From: Spirochaetia bacterium
GTDB lineage: Bacteria; Spirochaetota; Spirochaetia; CAKZLE01
Direction: 5' to 3'
NCBI GenBank assembly: GCA_963677595.1
Contig: OY782041.1
Coordinates: 2,272,001 to 2,336,000, forward strand
DNA: 64,000 nucleotides
In this document: one piece after another, positions 9,313 through 18,393 of the stretch
Position numbering within the stretch: the stretch's first letter is position 1
How the letters are laid out: each line of letters starts with the position of its first letter
Program-made: the position numbers and the translations under genes
The notes under the pieces: model-generated
Databases searched by the model: none
What the model saw: only the letters and a program-made list of their open reading frames with translations
Told to the model about the DNA's origin: nothing

Positions 9313-9432
9313 CCTGGTATATATAACTCAAGATCAGGAGATAAACGCAGGGACGTTTATGCCGACATGATGAGCATCTATAATCGCAAAGATCCCGATC
9401 GAGAGGCACGCGATCCATGGGACTGTTACTGA
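9313..9432 (+). pseudogene. Detached C-terminal tail of the amidohydrolase at 4091
   Basis: Translates PGIYNSRSGDKRRDVYADMM...* in the frame of 4091 once the IS and one TSD copy are removed. DKRRDVY resembles the DRRxxxY terminal motif of the family. Confidence 0.85.
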
Positions 9433-9615
9433 CCATCCAACTGAAATCAATAGAATTCTAACACATGACTACATCCCATTTGCTTATTCAGGGGGGCTTT
9501 GTTTGAAGTGAAGGCTGATTCGGTCTAGAATAATTATATCCTTTCTAATCCATGAAACACTTATTTCAAAAATCAGACGCCTTGTATTCTTCACATGATC
9601 ATGGTATAAGTAATC

Positions 9616-9626
9616 TGGTCATACCA
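9616..9626. promoter_or_regulatory. FadR/GntR-type operator TGGTCATACCA
   Basis: Palindromic TGGT-N3-ACCA just after a -10-like TATAAG. An identical core lies at 12123-12133. Confidence 0.7.
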
Positions 9627-9757
9627 AAGCAAGGGTCAAGTGGAACTTAATATCGTTCAAAACCTGTAATATGCTATAATGCTTCAAGGTGTGTTTATGT
9701 ATTGGGATGCCTTTAGGCGCTCAGACATTGATATGTGGTTATGTAAGGGGTACATAC

Positions 9758-10483
9758 ATGAAGGTAATTGGAGGCAGAACTAATTATGGCGAAAATATAG
9801 GGATCCTGATGTTGGATACAGTTTTTCCACGTTTGTTGGGGGATATAGGGAATGCTGCGACCTATCCGTTCCCAGTCCGCTATAAAATCGTGAAAAATGC
9901 CTCCTTGAGCAAGGTGATGGGTAAAATTCCTGCCAATGAACTATTGGAGCCATTTATCGAGGCGGCAATTGAAATGGAAAGAGAAGGTGTAAAAGCAATT
10001 ACAACAAGCTGTGGTTTTCTGGCCCCATTCCAGCAGGAACTGGCAGATTCGGTACGTATACCCGTTTTTACTTCTTCGCTGATGATGGCTCCATGGATTT
10101 CCCAAATGTTGGGCAAGGGCAGGAAAGTGGCTATTTTTACTGAACGAGCCAAAAATATGACCGAGGATCATTTTAATAAAGTGGGATGGTCTTCGAAAGA
10201 TATCCCCGTCATTGTGAAGGGGATGCCGGTGGATGCATATTTCCCAAAGATCTATTGTGATGATGGGCTTGAGGCAGAAACTGAACTCTTACTTCATGAT
10301 ATGGAACAAATGACCCGAGAGCATATGATAGATCATCCTGATACTGGGGCGATCTTGTTTGAGTGTACAAATATGGGACCATTCACACGGGCGGTTCAGG
10401 AAATTGCCGGTGTCCCGGTATTTGGGATAAACCAGCTTATCACATTTGTCCATGCGGCAGTCAGTATGAATACCTATCACTAA
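9758..10483 (+). CDS. Aspartate/glutamate/hydantoin racemase-family protein
   Basis: IGILMLDT.FPR..GDIGN, AITTSCGFL and ILFECTNM motifs (two catalytic Cys). ATG 9758 preferred over 9689. Confidence 0.85.
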   Translation: MKVIGGRTNYGENIGILMLDTVFPRLLGDIGNAATYPFPVRYKIVKNASLSKVMGKIPANELLEPFIEAAIEMEREGVKAITTSCGFLAPFQQELADSVRIPVFTSSLMMAPWISQMLGKGRKVAIFTERAKNMTEDHFNKVGWSSKDIPVIVKGMPVDAYFPKIYCDDGLEAETELLLHDMEQMTREHMIDHPDTGAILFECTNMGPFTRAVQEIAGVPVFGINQLITFVHAAVSMNTYH

Positions 10484-10528
10484 CGGGATTTTTCATACTA
10501 TAATAATGAAAGAACAGGGGGGCACACT

Positions 10529-12031
10529 ATGGTCAATACAAGAGAACGGTTGACAGAGCAGGAGTCTGAAACGATGCTCAAATATATATCAAGGCCAGCC
10601 CTTACAGCAGAAAGCATACGACATATTTTCTCTGATATGATCGAAGTCGATATCGCTCATGCGATCATGCTTGGTAAAACAGGTATAATTGCTGAGAAGA
10701 AGGCTAAGGCTATAGTGGGGGGATTGATCCGCCTCAAGGAGGCTGGTGCAGATAACTTTCATGCTGATACAGCTCTTGGGGACATTCATTACAATATCGA
10801 GGTCGTTCTTATAAACGAGTTGGGAATGGATGTCGGTGGCAGGATGCATACCGCACGTAGCAGAAATGACCTGAAAGGCACCTGTTCGAGGATGCGAATC
10901 CGTAAGCTTTGCTTGGAGAACATGAAGCAGCTGCTTGAGTTCAGAAAGATAGTCATTGAAGTTTCCCGGAAACATGTTGATACCATCATGCCTGCATTCA
11001 CACATTCACAGCCGGCACAGCCGATTACTCTTGGCCATTATTTTGCTTCAATGGCTAAAGCATTGGAACGAGATTTTGAACGTCTTTTAGGCTCCTATAA
11101 ACATATCAACTACTCTCCCTTGGGTGCTGGATCTGCTGCAGGAACCGGGTTCCCTATTGATCGAGAATACACAGCTGATCTACTGGGTTTCGCTGGGCTG
11201 GTTGAAAGCTCTATCGATGCAATCGCTGCTCGTGACTACCTGATTGAATATCTGGCTTCGATCTCAAATTTCCTAACGTTAGTCAGCCGAATTGCGCAGG
11301 ACCTGTATACCTGGAACTCTTTTGAGTTTGGGTTTGTTGAGGTCGCTGACGGTCTTGCCGGTACAAGCAGTATCATGCCGCAGAAGAAGAACCCGTTGAC
11401 GTTAGAGAATGCGAAATCACAAGCGGCTAGATCCTATGGTGAATTGATGGCAGTATTAAGCTGTTTGAAGGGTGCTCCCTATTCCCATACCAGCGATGTG
11501 AGCATCACAGATAAAGGAAGCTTCGCTGACAATGCTGCGAAAGCTGCTGAAGTTACCATGGCGTTGTTTGGAGAAACACTTGAGACCCTTATTGTGAAAC
11601 CGGAACGCATGTTAGAGGATACTCGAGTCAATTATTGTGTGGCAACAGAATTAGCGGATGAACTTACCCTTAACTATAATTTGGCTTTCAGGGAAGCGCA
11701 CCAGGTAGTAGGCAGTCTTATCTCATCGGCTATTGATAAAGAAGTCCCTGCAGATCATATTACTCCAGGAATGGTAGCCGAAGCGTCTGAACGAATAACT
11801 GGGAAAGCTATTATCATCGAAAAAGATGAGCTGCAGAGAATTCTTGATCCAATTCAAAACATGAAGACGAAAACACAGATAGGCAGCCCAGCACCGTCTG
11901 AAGTGACCCGAATGCTTGATAGCTGTGGTAAGATTCTTGCTGCAGATTCTTTGATTTGTGAAGATCTTCAGCGAAATTTGGATTCAGCAGTTGAGAAACT
12001 GGCAAAAGAAGCAGCTGACTATATTGCTTAA
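10529..12031 (+). CDS. Argininosuccinate-lyase-like C-N lyase (fumarase/aspartase superfamily), probably not the housekeeping ArgH
   Basis: HTARSRND, THSQPAQPITLGH, SSIMPQKKNP signature and FREAH. Lacks the KLWGGRF start typical of ArgH, and no arg genes are nearby. Confidence 0.85.
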   Translation: MVNTRERLTEQESETMLKYISRPALTAESIRHIFSDMIEVDIAHAIMLGKTGIIAEKKAKAIVGGLIRLKEAGADNFHADTALGDIHYNIEVVLINELGMDVGGRMHTARSRNDLKGTCSRMRIRKLCLENMKQLLEFRKIVIEVSRKHVDTIMPAFTHSQPAQPITLGHYFASMAKALERDFERLLGSYKHINYSPLGAGSAAGTGFPIDREYTADLLGFAGLVESSIDAIAARDYLIEYLASISNFLTLVSRIAQDLYTWNSFEFGFVEVADGLAGTSSIMPQKKNPLTLENAKSQAARSYGELMAVLSCLKGAPYSHTSDVSITDKGSFADNAAKAAEVTMALFGETLETLIVKPERMLEDTRVNYCVATELADELTLNYNLAFREAHQVVGSLISSAIDKEVPADHITPGMVAEASERITGKAIIIEKDELQRILDPIQNMKTKTQIGSPAPSEVTRMLDSCGKILAADSLICEDLQRNLDSAVEKLAKEAADYIA

Positions 12032-12052
12032 ACTATATTTACCTGAGATAGC

Positions 12053-12075
12053 AGGGGTTATAGGTAATAACTCCT
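12053..12075 (+). terminator. Probable terminator hairpin after the lyase gene
   Basis: AGGGGTTAT-aggta-ATAACTCCT stem-loop. Confidence 0.5.
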
Positions 12076-12121
12076 CGAATCTTTCTTGCATTATTACCAT
12101 ATCTGTGATATAAAATAATAA

Positions 12122-12134
12122 TTGGTCATACCAA
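12122..12134. promoter_or_regulatory. FadR/GntR-type operator TTGGTCATACCAA
   Basis: Palindrome downstream of a TTGCAT...TATAAAAT promoter-like sequence and upstream of the GntR gene. Confidence 0.72.
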
Positions 12135-12307
12135 AATAGAAATTACTAGATAATTTCGTTGGTTTTTTCACAATTGGTATGGAGACAATCATTCCAGTTA
12201 TGGAGCAACCGATGCCAGGATACTCCATAAACTGTGCATAACCCCTACAAACGAAGATGTAGTGAGTTAAGTAGAGTGGATAGATTGATTACATAGAGGA
12301 GAGTGTT

Positions 12308-13009
12308 TTGGATCTGTATAATGGTAATCTTTTAAAAGAAAACAAGAACCTGAAAACAATACTTGAATTCATAGATTCGAGAAACCTCTCAATAGACGAG
12401 AGACTTCCTTCTGAGCGAGAATTGGCCTCGGAGATTGGGATCAGTCGCAGTTCTTTGAGGGAAGCTTTAAAGATTCTGCAGACCTTGGGTATTGTTGAGA
12501 TCAAGAGTAACAGTGGTGTGTACCTGCGTAAGAAAGATTTCAATCCTAAAAAAGAGAATGCCGTATTCTGGCTAATCGTGAATAAGAAACAAGTAATAAA
12601 TATGTTGACTGTCAGAGAGACTTTAGACTTGCGCGCAATCGAACTTATTCCTGAACATATGTATCCACAGATGCGAGAGGAGTTAAAAGCAGCTATAGAA
12701 AAAGTGAAAGCATCTCCCAAGACTCATGAGGATATGATGGCGCATGATTTGGCGTTTCATAATATCATCAGAAAGGCTTCTGACAATGAAATTCTCTATA
12801 ATATCTGTAATGCACTAACGGGTAATATGTATGACGAGCGGAAAGCATTGTACTTGAAAAGTACCCGTATAGAGAAATCCATCCAAGAACATAATCGTAT
12901 TGCAAATGCATTTGGATCAGGAAATGTGAACGAGGTTAAACTAGCATATACGGAACATCTTACCAGTACAAGGTTCAGTATTGAGAGTCTTGAGGAGTCA
13001 GAATCTTAG
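12308..13009 (+). CDS. GntR/FadR-family transcriptional regulator
   Basis: RLPSERELASEIGISRSSLREAL wHTH and an FCD domain (DLAFH...NEIL...EH). TTG start with GAGGAG RBS. Confidence 0.93.
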   Translation: MDLYNGNLLKENKNLKTILEFIDSRNLSIDERLPSERELASEIGISRSSLREALKILQTLGIVEIKSNSGVYLRKKDFNPKKENAVFWLIVNKKQVINMLTVRETLDLRAIELIPEHMYPQMREELKAAIEKVKASPKTHEDMMAHDLAFHNIIRKASDNEILYNICNALTGNMYDERKALYLKSTRIEKSIQEHNRIANAFGSGNVNEVKLAYTEHLTSTRFSIESLEESES

Positions 13010-13079
13010 AGTCGTTTCAATTGTTTTCTCATGGTTCAAAGTTTACAGAATAAGAGGCATATATCTATTGGGGGACAAT

Positions 13080-14204
13080 GTGAAAGAGATCACTACATTA
13101 CTGAGAGACAAGTTGGAAGAACATGGTCTCGATGCCATGGTAACCATGACTCCGGAAAATATAACCTTTGTTACCGGGACACAGATCCCAAGCCAGCTTA
13201 CCGTGCGACATAGACAAGTCATCCATATTATTACAAGAACAAACGATCCTGAGGTAATAGTTGTTAACATCGAAGAACCTATCATGAGAGCCCAAAGTTG
13301 GATTGCCCAGGATAAGATAATCAGTTATAACGAATTTACCCAGAGTCCTATACTGATAGCTGTTGAGAAGATAAAAGCATGCAATGTCAGCGAGAAAAGA
13401 ATAGGATTCGAGTTGTCATATCTTCCTGCAACAGATATGGCAATTCTGAGTCGGGAACTTCCACGAGCTGAGATTGTGAATTCTGATCCTATCTATGAAG
13501 AGATGAGAACCATTAAGCTTGGATTCGAGTTGGATATCATCACCAGCTTTGGAGCTCAGATTGAAGATGTCATGTATGAATCCTTGAAGTCTGTAAAAGC
13601 AGGTATGACAGAAAAAGATATATACCGACGGATGCAGAATGGGTTTAATTCAATTGGTGGAGATAAGCTCACTATGCCGGTTGTAGCTTCCGGGGAACGT
13701 AGTTGTCTGCTAAACGGTGCACCGAGTGATCGAGTCCTTAAGAAAGGAGATATCGTTCGTATTGATATCATAGGTACTAAACAAAACTATTACTGTGACT
13801 GCTGCCGAACTGCGATAGTTGGGAAGCCTGATACAAAGCATAAGAATAACTGGCGTGAAATGGTAAAGGCACATGATGAAGCGGTTGCAATGATGAAGCC
13901 CGGTGTGGATACAAAAGATATCTATAACAGCTTTGTCAGCCAATTCTTGAGTTGCGGATTTGAACCACTAGCATTTTTAGGTCATGGGTTGGGGCTGACC
14001 CTGCATGAAGAGCCCTATATAAACAGCTATAAGAGTACAATGATGAAAGAGAATATGGTTCTTTGTGTAGAACCCATTTATGTGATTGACGGAGTCTGCG
14101 GGTACCAGCTTGAGAATGAAGTGGTGATCACTGCGGATGGGTATAAGTTGATTACTGGCACAAAGTACCCCTACGATCGGCTCATAGAGATCAAAGCGGA
14201 TTAG
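13080..14204 (+). CDS. M24 (Xaa-Pro aminopeptidase/creatinase-like) metallohydrolase
   Basis: Creatinase N-domain and pita-bread ligands RID, YCD, GHGLGLTLHEEP, VEP and LEN. GTG start at 13080. Confidence 0.9.
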   Translation: MKEITTLLRDKLEEHGLDAMVTMTPENITFVTGTQIPSQLTVRHRQVIHIITRTNDPEVIVVNIEEPIMRAQSWIAQDKIISYNEFTQSPILIAVEKIKACNVSEKRIGFELSYLPATDMAILSRELPRAEIVNSDPIYEEMRTIKLGFELDIITSFGAQIEDVMYESLKSVKAGMTEKDIYRRMQNGFNSIGGDKLTMPVVASGERSCLLNGAPSDRVLKKGDIVRIDIIGTKQNYYCDCCRTAIVGKPDTKHKNNWREMVKAHDEAVAMMKPGVDTKDIYNSFVSQFLSCGFEPLAFLGHGLGLTLHEEPYINSYKSTMMKENMVLCVEPIYVIDGVCGYQLENEVVITADGYKLITGTKYPYDRLIEIKAD

Positions 14205-14253
14205 GTATCTAGGGAAGAGCACGAAAAGGGATAGGGTTTCTTGGGAGAAGAAT

Positions 14254-15423
14254 ATGAAGATAGAGAGTTATGAACTGTACAAGATCAGTATCCCTACTAG
14301 GAGAAAACACACCTGGGCAAGTAGTACGGCTGATGTCGGCCAAGGCTATGCAATCATAAAAATCAGGACCGATTGCGGAATTGAGGGGTTTGGTGAAGCA
14401 ACGACCATGCCCGAGTGGGGCGGGGATAACGGCAGATACTATGGAGAGTCTGCCGATACGACCAAAGTGGTCGTGGAGAATCACCTGTTTCCAAGTATCG
14501 TTGGAATGGATCCTCTTGATATTGACTGTATACACCAGACAATGGATCTGGCTATCCGAGGATATAATTATGCGAAAGCTGCTATTGATGAGGCATTGTA
14601 CGATATCGTGGGAAAAGCTTTTGATGTCCCTGTTTATAAGTTATTAGGTGGACAGTCAAGAAGGGCTGTCCCTATTGTGCATAGCCTGGGTGTCGTTATG
14701 GACATAGATAATGCGGTTGAAGAGGCTATCCAAGCGGTTTATGAGGGAATAAGACATATTAAGATTAAGGGTGGATTGAATGTAAAACGTGATCTTATCC
14801 TGATGGAGAAGCTGAGGAAAGAGCTTGGTCCTGAAATACAGATCTTAGTCGATGCTAATCAAAGTTACCCCTCAGCTAAAGAAGCGATAAAATGGGGCAA
14901 TCTCATGAATAAGTACAATCTTGAGTACATGGAACAGCCTGTTGAGGGGATCGCGAATTTGAAAAAGGTCACAGATGGGTTGGAATGTCCCGTATGTGCT
15001 GATGAGAGTTGTTGGACAATAACAGATGCAATCGATATAGTTACCCACCGGGCAGCAGATTATATTTCAATCTACACAACCAAATCGGGAGGGTTATATC
15101 CTGCACGCACGATTGCAAAGATCGCTGAGCATGCAGGGATTCGATGTAATGTGAATGGGTCAGGAGAGTTCGGTGTAGGGAATGCGGCAAACCTGCATGT
15201 AGCCTGCAGCGGAAGGAATATCGATCTTGCTTCAGTTATCCCTGTAACTCATATTGATGGTATGGTACAGACAACGGTAGCCGGGCATTGGTATATAGAC
15301 GATATCATCACAAAACCCTTCGTATATGATGACGGTTGTCTGGTCGTTCCTGATGACCCGGGACTAGGTATCGAAGTAGATATGAAAAAAATGAAAAAAT
15401 ATTCTGTTCCTTTTTCTTCCTGA
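14254..15423 (+). CDS. Enolase-superfamily enzyme (muconate lactonizing enzyme / dipeptide epimerase subgroup)
   Basis: G..GFGE, AKAAID.ALYD..GK, KIK, VDAN, EQP, ADES, K.GG and PGLG motifs. Confidence 0.9.
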   Translation: MKIESYELYKISIPTRRKHTWASSTADVGQGYAIIKIRTDCGIEGFGEATTMPEWGGDNGRYYGESADTTKVVVENHLFPSIVGMDPLDIDCIHQTMDLAIRGYNYAKAAIDEALYDIVGKAFDVPVYKLLGGQSRRAVPIVHSLGVVMDIDNAVEEAIQAVYEGIRHIKIKGGLNVKRDLILMEKLRKELGPEIQILVDANQSYPSAKEAIKWGNLMNKYNLEYMEQPVEGIANLKKVTDGLECPVCADESCWTITDAIDIVTHRAADYISIYTTKSGGLYPARTIAKIAEHAGIRCNVNGSGEFGVGNAANLHVACSGRNIDLASVIPVTHIDGMVQTTVAGHWYIDDIITKPFVYDDGCLVVPDDPGLGIEVDMKKMKKYSVPFSS

Positions 15424-15427
15424 TGGC

Positions 15428-16645
15428 ATGATGGTTAATTGGCGTAAAAACCTCTGGATTATTTGGATTGCACAAATTCTCAGTGTGGCGGGGATTAACT
15501 TTGCAAGTCCATTTCTCCCCTATTTTATTCAAGAGATAGGTATAACAGAGCAGTCAGAACTAAAACTCTGGGCTGGAATCATTGCCAGCGCACCTGCCCT
15601 GACTATGGCGATCATGGCTCCAATCTGGGGCCTTCTCTCCGACCGGATCGGGAAAAAGATCATGCTTCTCAGGGCTATGTTCTTCGGCAGCCTTATTCTT
15701 ATCGGAATAGGGTTATCTCACTCAATTACAGCAGTTATAGTTCTCCGTCTGCTGCAGGGATTATTAGCAGAGACCATGACAGCATCAGCAATCCTGGTTT
15801 CTGCTCATACGCCTAAGGATAAACTGAGTTATGCTCTGGGAATGATATCGGCATCTAGTTTCATCGGGATGTCCGCCGGACCTTTATTTGGCGGATTTTC
15901 CGCTGATTTGCTCGGTTATCGTTTTACGTTTTTCATCGGAGCATGCATACTTGCCATAGGTTTCTTTCTCGTTCTGTTTGCGGTTAAAGAAGATAGATCT
16001 GCTTCGCTCTCACAGAGAGAAGAGGGTGAGAGCCCTAAAGAGAATAACAATCCTGGAACAATAGTAAGTATATCCATTTTAGGAGCTTTCGTTATCATTT
16101 TCATTCTTAGGTTTTCCCGAATGCTTCCATTGGCTTTTATACCGCTTCATGTGCAGAATATCTTAGAGACAATTGAAGGGGCTCCATCTATCACTGGATT
16201 GATTTCCTTTGGCAGAGGTGCTGCGACTGCTTTGGCTTCAATCACCATCGTTCGTCTTGGCGATCGATATCCTCGGATGGGAATAATAACTTTGCTTTTA
16301 GGCCTCTCTGCATGTATGACTTTCCCTGTTTTATTCACAGGAAATCTGATAGGGTTCTCAGCCTTCTTCATTTTGGCTACTTTCTTCCTTGGAGGGATAG
16401 AACCCCTGTTACAGTCAGAGATCATAAGTAATGTGCCTAATGGTAAACAGGGGTTGGTGTTCGGGATTCAAACCACTGTCAGCAATCTGGGCTGGTGTAT
16501 AGCACCCATTGTAGGATCACTTATCACTATCCGCTGGGGAATATCCTCCATATTTCTTATTGTGGTAATTTCTCTCGCAGTTGCTATGGTATTCTCTCTA
16601 TTAGTCATATCTTTGTTGAAAGATAAGAATTATGGTACAAGCTGA
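15428..16645 (+). CDS. MFS transporter (DHA1/MdtG-like)
   Basis: NWRKNL..IW.AQ start, WG.LSDRIGKK motif A, about 12 hydrophobic segments. Confidence 0.9.
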   Translation: MMVNWRKNLWIIWIAQILSVAGINFASPFLPYFIQEIGITEQSELKLWAGIIASAPALTMAIMAPIWGLLSDRIGKKIMLLRAMFFGSLILIGIGLSHSITAVIVLRLLQGLLAETMTASAILVSAHTPKDKLSYALGMISASSFIGMSAGPLFGGFSADLLGYRFTFFIGACILAIGFFLVLFAVKEDRSASLSQREEGESPKENNNPGTIVSISILGAFVIIFILRFSRMLPLAFIPLHVQNILETIEGAPSITGLISFGRGAATALASITIVRLGDRYPRMGIITLLLGLSACMTFPVLFTGNLIGFSAFFILATFFLGGIEPLLQSEIISNVPNGKQGLVFGIQTTVSNLGWCIAPIVGSLITIRWGISSIFLIVVISLAVAMVFSLLVISLLKDKNYGTS

Positions 16646-16698
16646 GTGATTACATGTCCCAATCATCATTCGCTGTTTCTATGATAAACAACATCTGT

Positions 16699-16756
16699 GA
16701 TGTGGAATATCATGATAATCAACATAACAGATGTGGGATATCATGAAAATCCACAT
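16699..16756. repeat. Two tandem near-palindromic 27-bp units (period 31)
   Basis: GATGTGGAATATCATGATAATCAACAT (16699-16725) and GATGTGGGATATCATGAAAATCCACAT (16730-16756). Confidence 0.8.
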
Positions 16757-16787
16757 GATGTAGGATTGGTCCTGCACCACCACTCTT

Positions 16788-18182
16788 TCAGGATCTGACG
16801 ATATCCTCTGCGGTCACGATGAAGCACCCGTCTACCTGATCAGGTACGTCCTGTGCTTTTACGGGGACGAAGATGACATGCAGGATCTCCCGATACCTGC
16901 CTTCGAGGGAACGGGGCAGTCCTTTCGCCTTCAACCCGAAGATGATGGACCTGATCTCCTCCAGGGAATATGGTTTCTCACTCCACTTGGCTTCCCCAAG
17001 GAGCAGCCTCTGCTTGTCCAGTGAGGCCGCTACCACATCGAATTCCGGTGAGTTCCCCTGCCAGAATCGTGAAGCCCCCAGCCAGGGTCCCCCCGGCCTG
17101 AAGACCGGGACGTATGCACGGCACAGTCCTTCCCAGCGATCTGCGAAGAGTGAGTCCCGGTACCTGGCCCAGACAGCCCGTCGGGAGCTTTCCGGCAGGC
17201 TCCGGAGGCCAGACCGGTTCGGTGCGACGACCTTTGACCAGCATGCCAGGAAGGGATCATCGATTTTGTACAGACTCCGCTTTGTCTTTGCTTCTGATTC
17301 CCCGAAGGGGACCTCCCTCTTCAGGTATCCCAGTTCGCATAGGAGCTTCAGGGGGCGGGTGAGGGACGTGGCCGGGATGCCTAACGGCCCCCCGATCTCC
17401 GAGACCCGGTGACAGCCGTTACCTACCACATCCAGGATCGGCCGGAGCAGCTGGATGTTGAGTTCATCTTCCCTGAGCAGCCGTTCACACTCATCATGCA
17501 GGGGTCCCAGCGGATCCAGTACCAGGTCATGGACCGCGGTGTCGAGGTCGTTCCCATAGGGAACTGCCAGTTCCCAGTATCTCGGGATCCCGCCCCAGCA
17601 GGTATACGCCTTCACGGTATCGAGCGGGCTCGATACCGAAAGAGCCTCGGGCATGAACCCTATCGGGATGGGATCGATCTTTAGGATCTCTGAGGCCCTG
17701 CCGTAGAGCGGTGCCGCATGATCCAGGACCAGACCCTGCATCATTCTCTGGCTCGACCCTGAAAGAACCAGGTGTATCCCGGTCTTAGGCAGTTGGGAAT
17801 CGACCCAATTCTGCAGCACACTTTCCAGTGACCGGTCAGCTTCGATGAGATATGGGAACTCATCCAGCACCAGGGTGCCTTGCCACTGCTGGTGCACAGC
17901 CTCTGCCAGGAGTCGGGCCAGGAGGGATCTCCAATCTGGATACTCGACATCCGAGAAGCCCGGGAACACCTCTGCCGCAGTCTGTGCAAGATACCTCCTC
18001 TGCAGCGGGGGAGGGGACTGGTCTGCGGAAAAGTAGATACCCTGTCCCTTGTGCAGCCACTCCAAGAGCAGTCTGGTCTTCCCGACCCTCCTTCGCCCCC
18101 AGAGTATGGTGAGTGACCCATTCCCGGATGCCCTGCCAGTATCAAGGCGGGATAGTTCCTTCTTCCTGTCTGTGAATATCAT
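16788..18182 (-). CDS. Archaeal-type AAA ATPase with HTH and C-terminal DUF234 (PD-(D/E)XK-like) domain
   Basis: FTDRKKEL, GRRRVGKT, LDEFPYL, LSGSS, LYGR, GGIPRY, Y.IDDPFL and EFDVV...GEAKWS motifs. Confidence 0.88.
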   Translation of the reverse strand: MIFTDRKKELSRLDTGRASGNGSLTILWGRRRVGKTRLLLEWLHKGQGIYFSADQSPPPLQRRYLAQTAAEVFPGFSDVEYPDWRSLLARLLAEAVHQQWQGTLVLDEFPYLIEADRSLESVLQNWVDSQLPKTGIHLVLSGSSQRMMQGLVLDHAAPLYGRASEILKIDPIPIGFMPEALSVSSPLDTVKAYTCWGGIPRYWELAVPYGNDLDTAVHDLVLDPLGPLHDECERLLREDELNIQLLRPILDVVGNGCHRVSEIGGPLGIPATSLTRPLKLLCELGYLKREVPFGESEAKTKRSLYKIDDPFLACWSKVVAPNRSGLRSLPESSRRAVWARYRDSLFADRWEGLCRAYVPVFRPGGPWLGASRFWQGNSPEFDVVAASLDKQRLLLGEAKWSEKPYSLEEIRSIIFGLKAKGLPRSLEGRYREILHVIFVPVKAQDVPDQVDGCFIVTAEDIVRS

Positions 18183-18393
18183 ACTATGATTATACACCAA
18201 AATATTATGCAATGCAACATTATGTTGTGATGTATAATGTTGGTTATGACAAAAATATTGAAACTCATGGGTATTACTGTGTCTGTTTCATCTTCATGCC
18301 TATAATTTTATCACTGTATAAAATTAGTTTTCTGTTGCATCTTCAGATCCGTGGTACAATAGATGTAATAACTGTAAGTGGGGAATACAGTCT

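Noticed and set aside
10529-12031. Calling the lyase argH
   Set aside because: Divergent N-terminus and catabolic context. The symbol is withheld pending phylogeny.
16699-16770. Possible mini CRISPR array
   Set aside because: Units are separated by only 4 nt, there are no spacers, and no cas genes are present.
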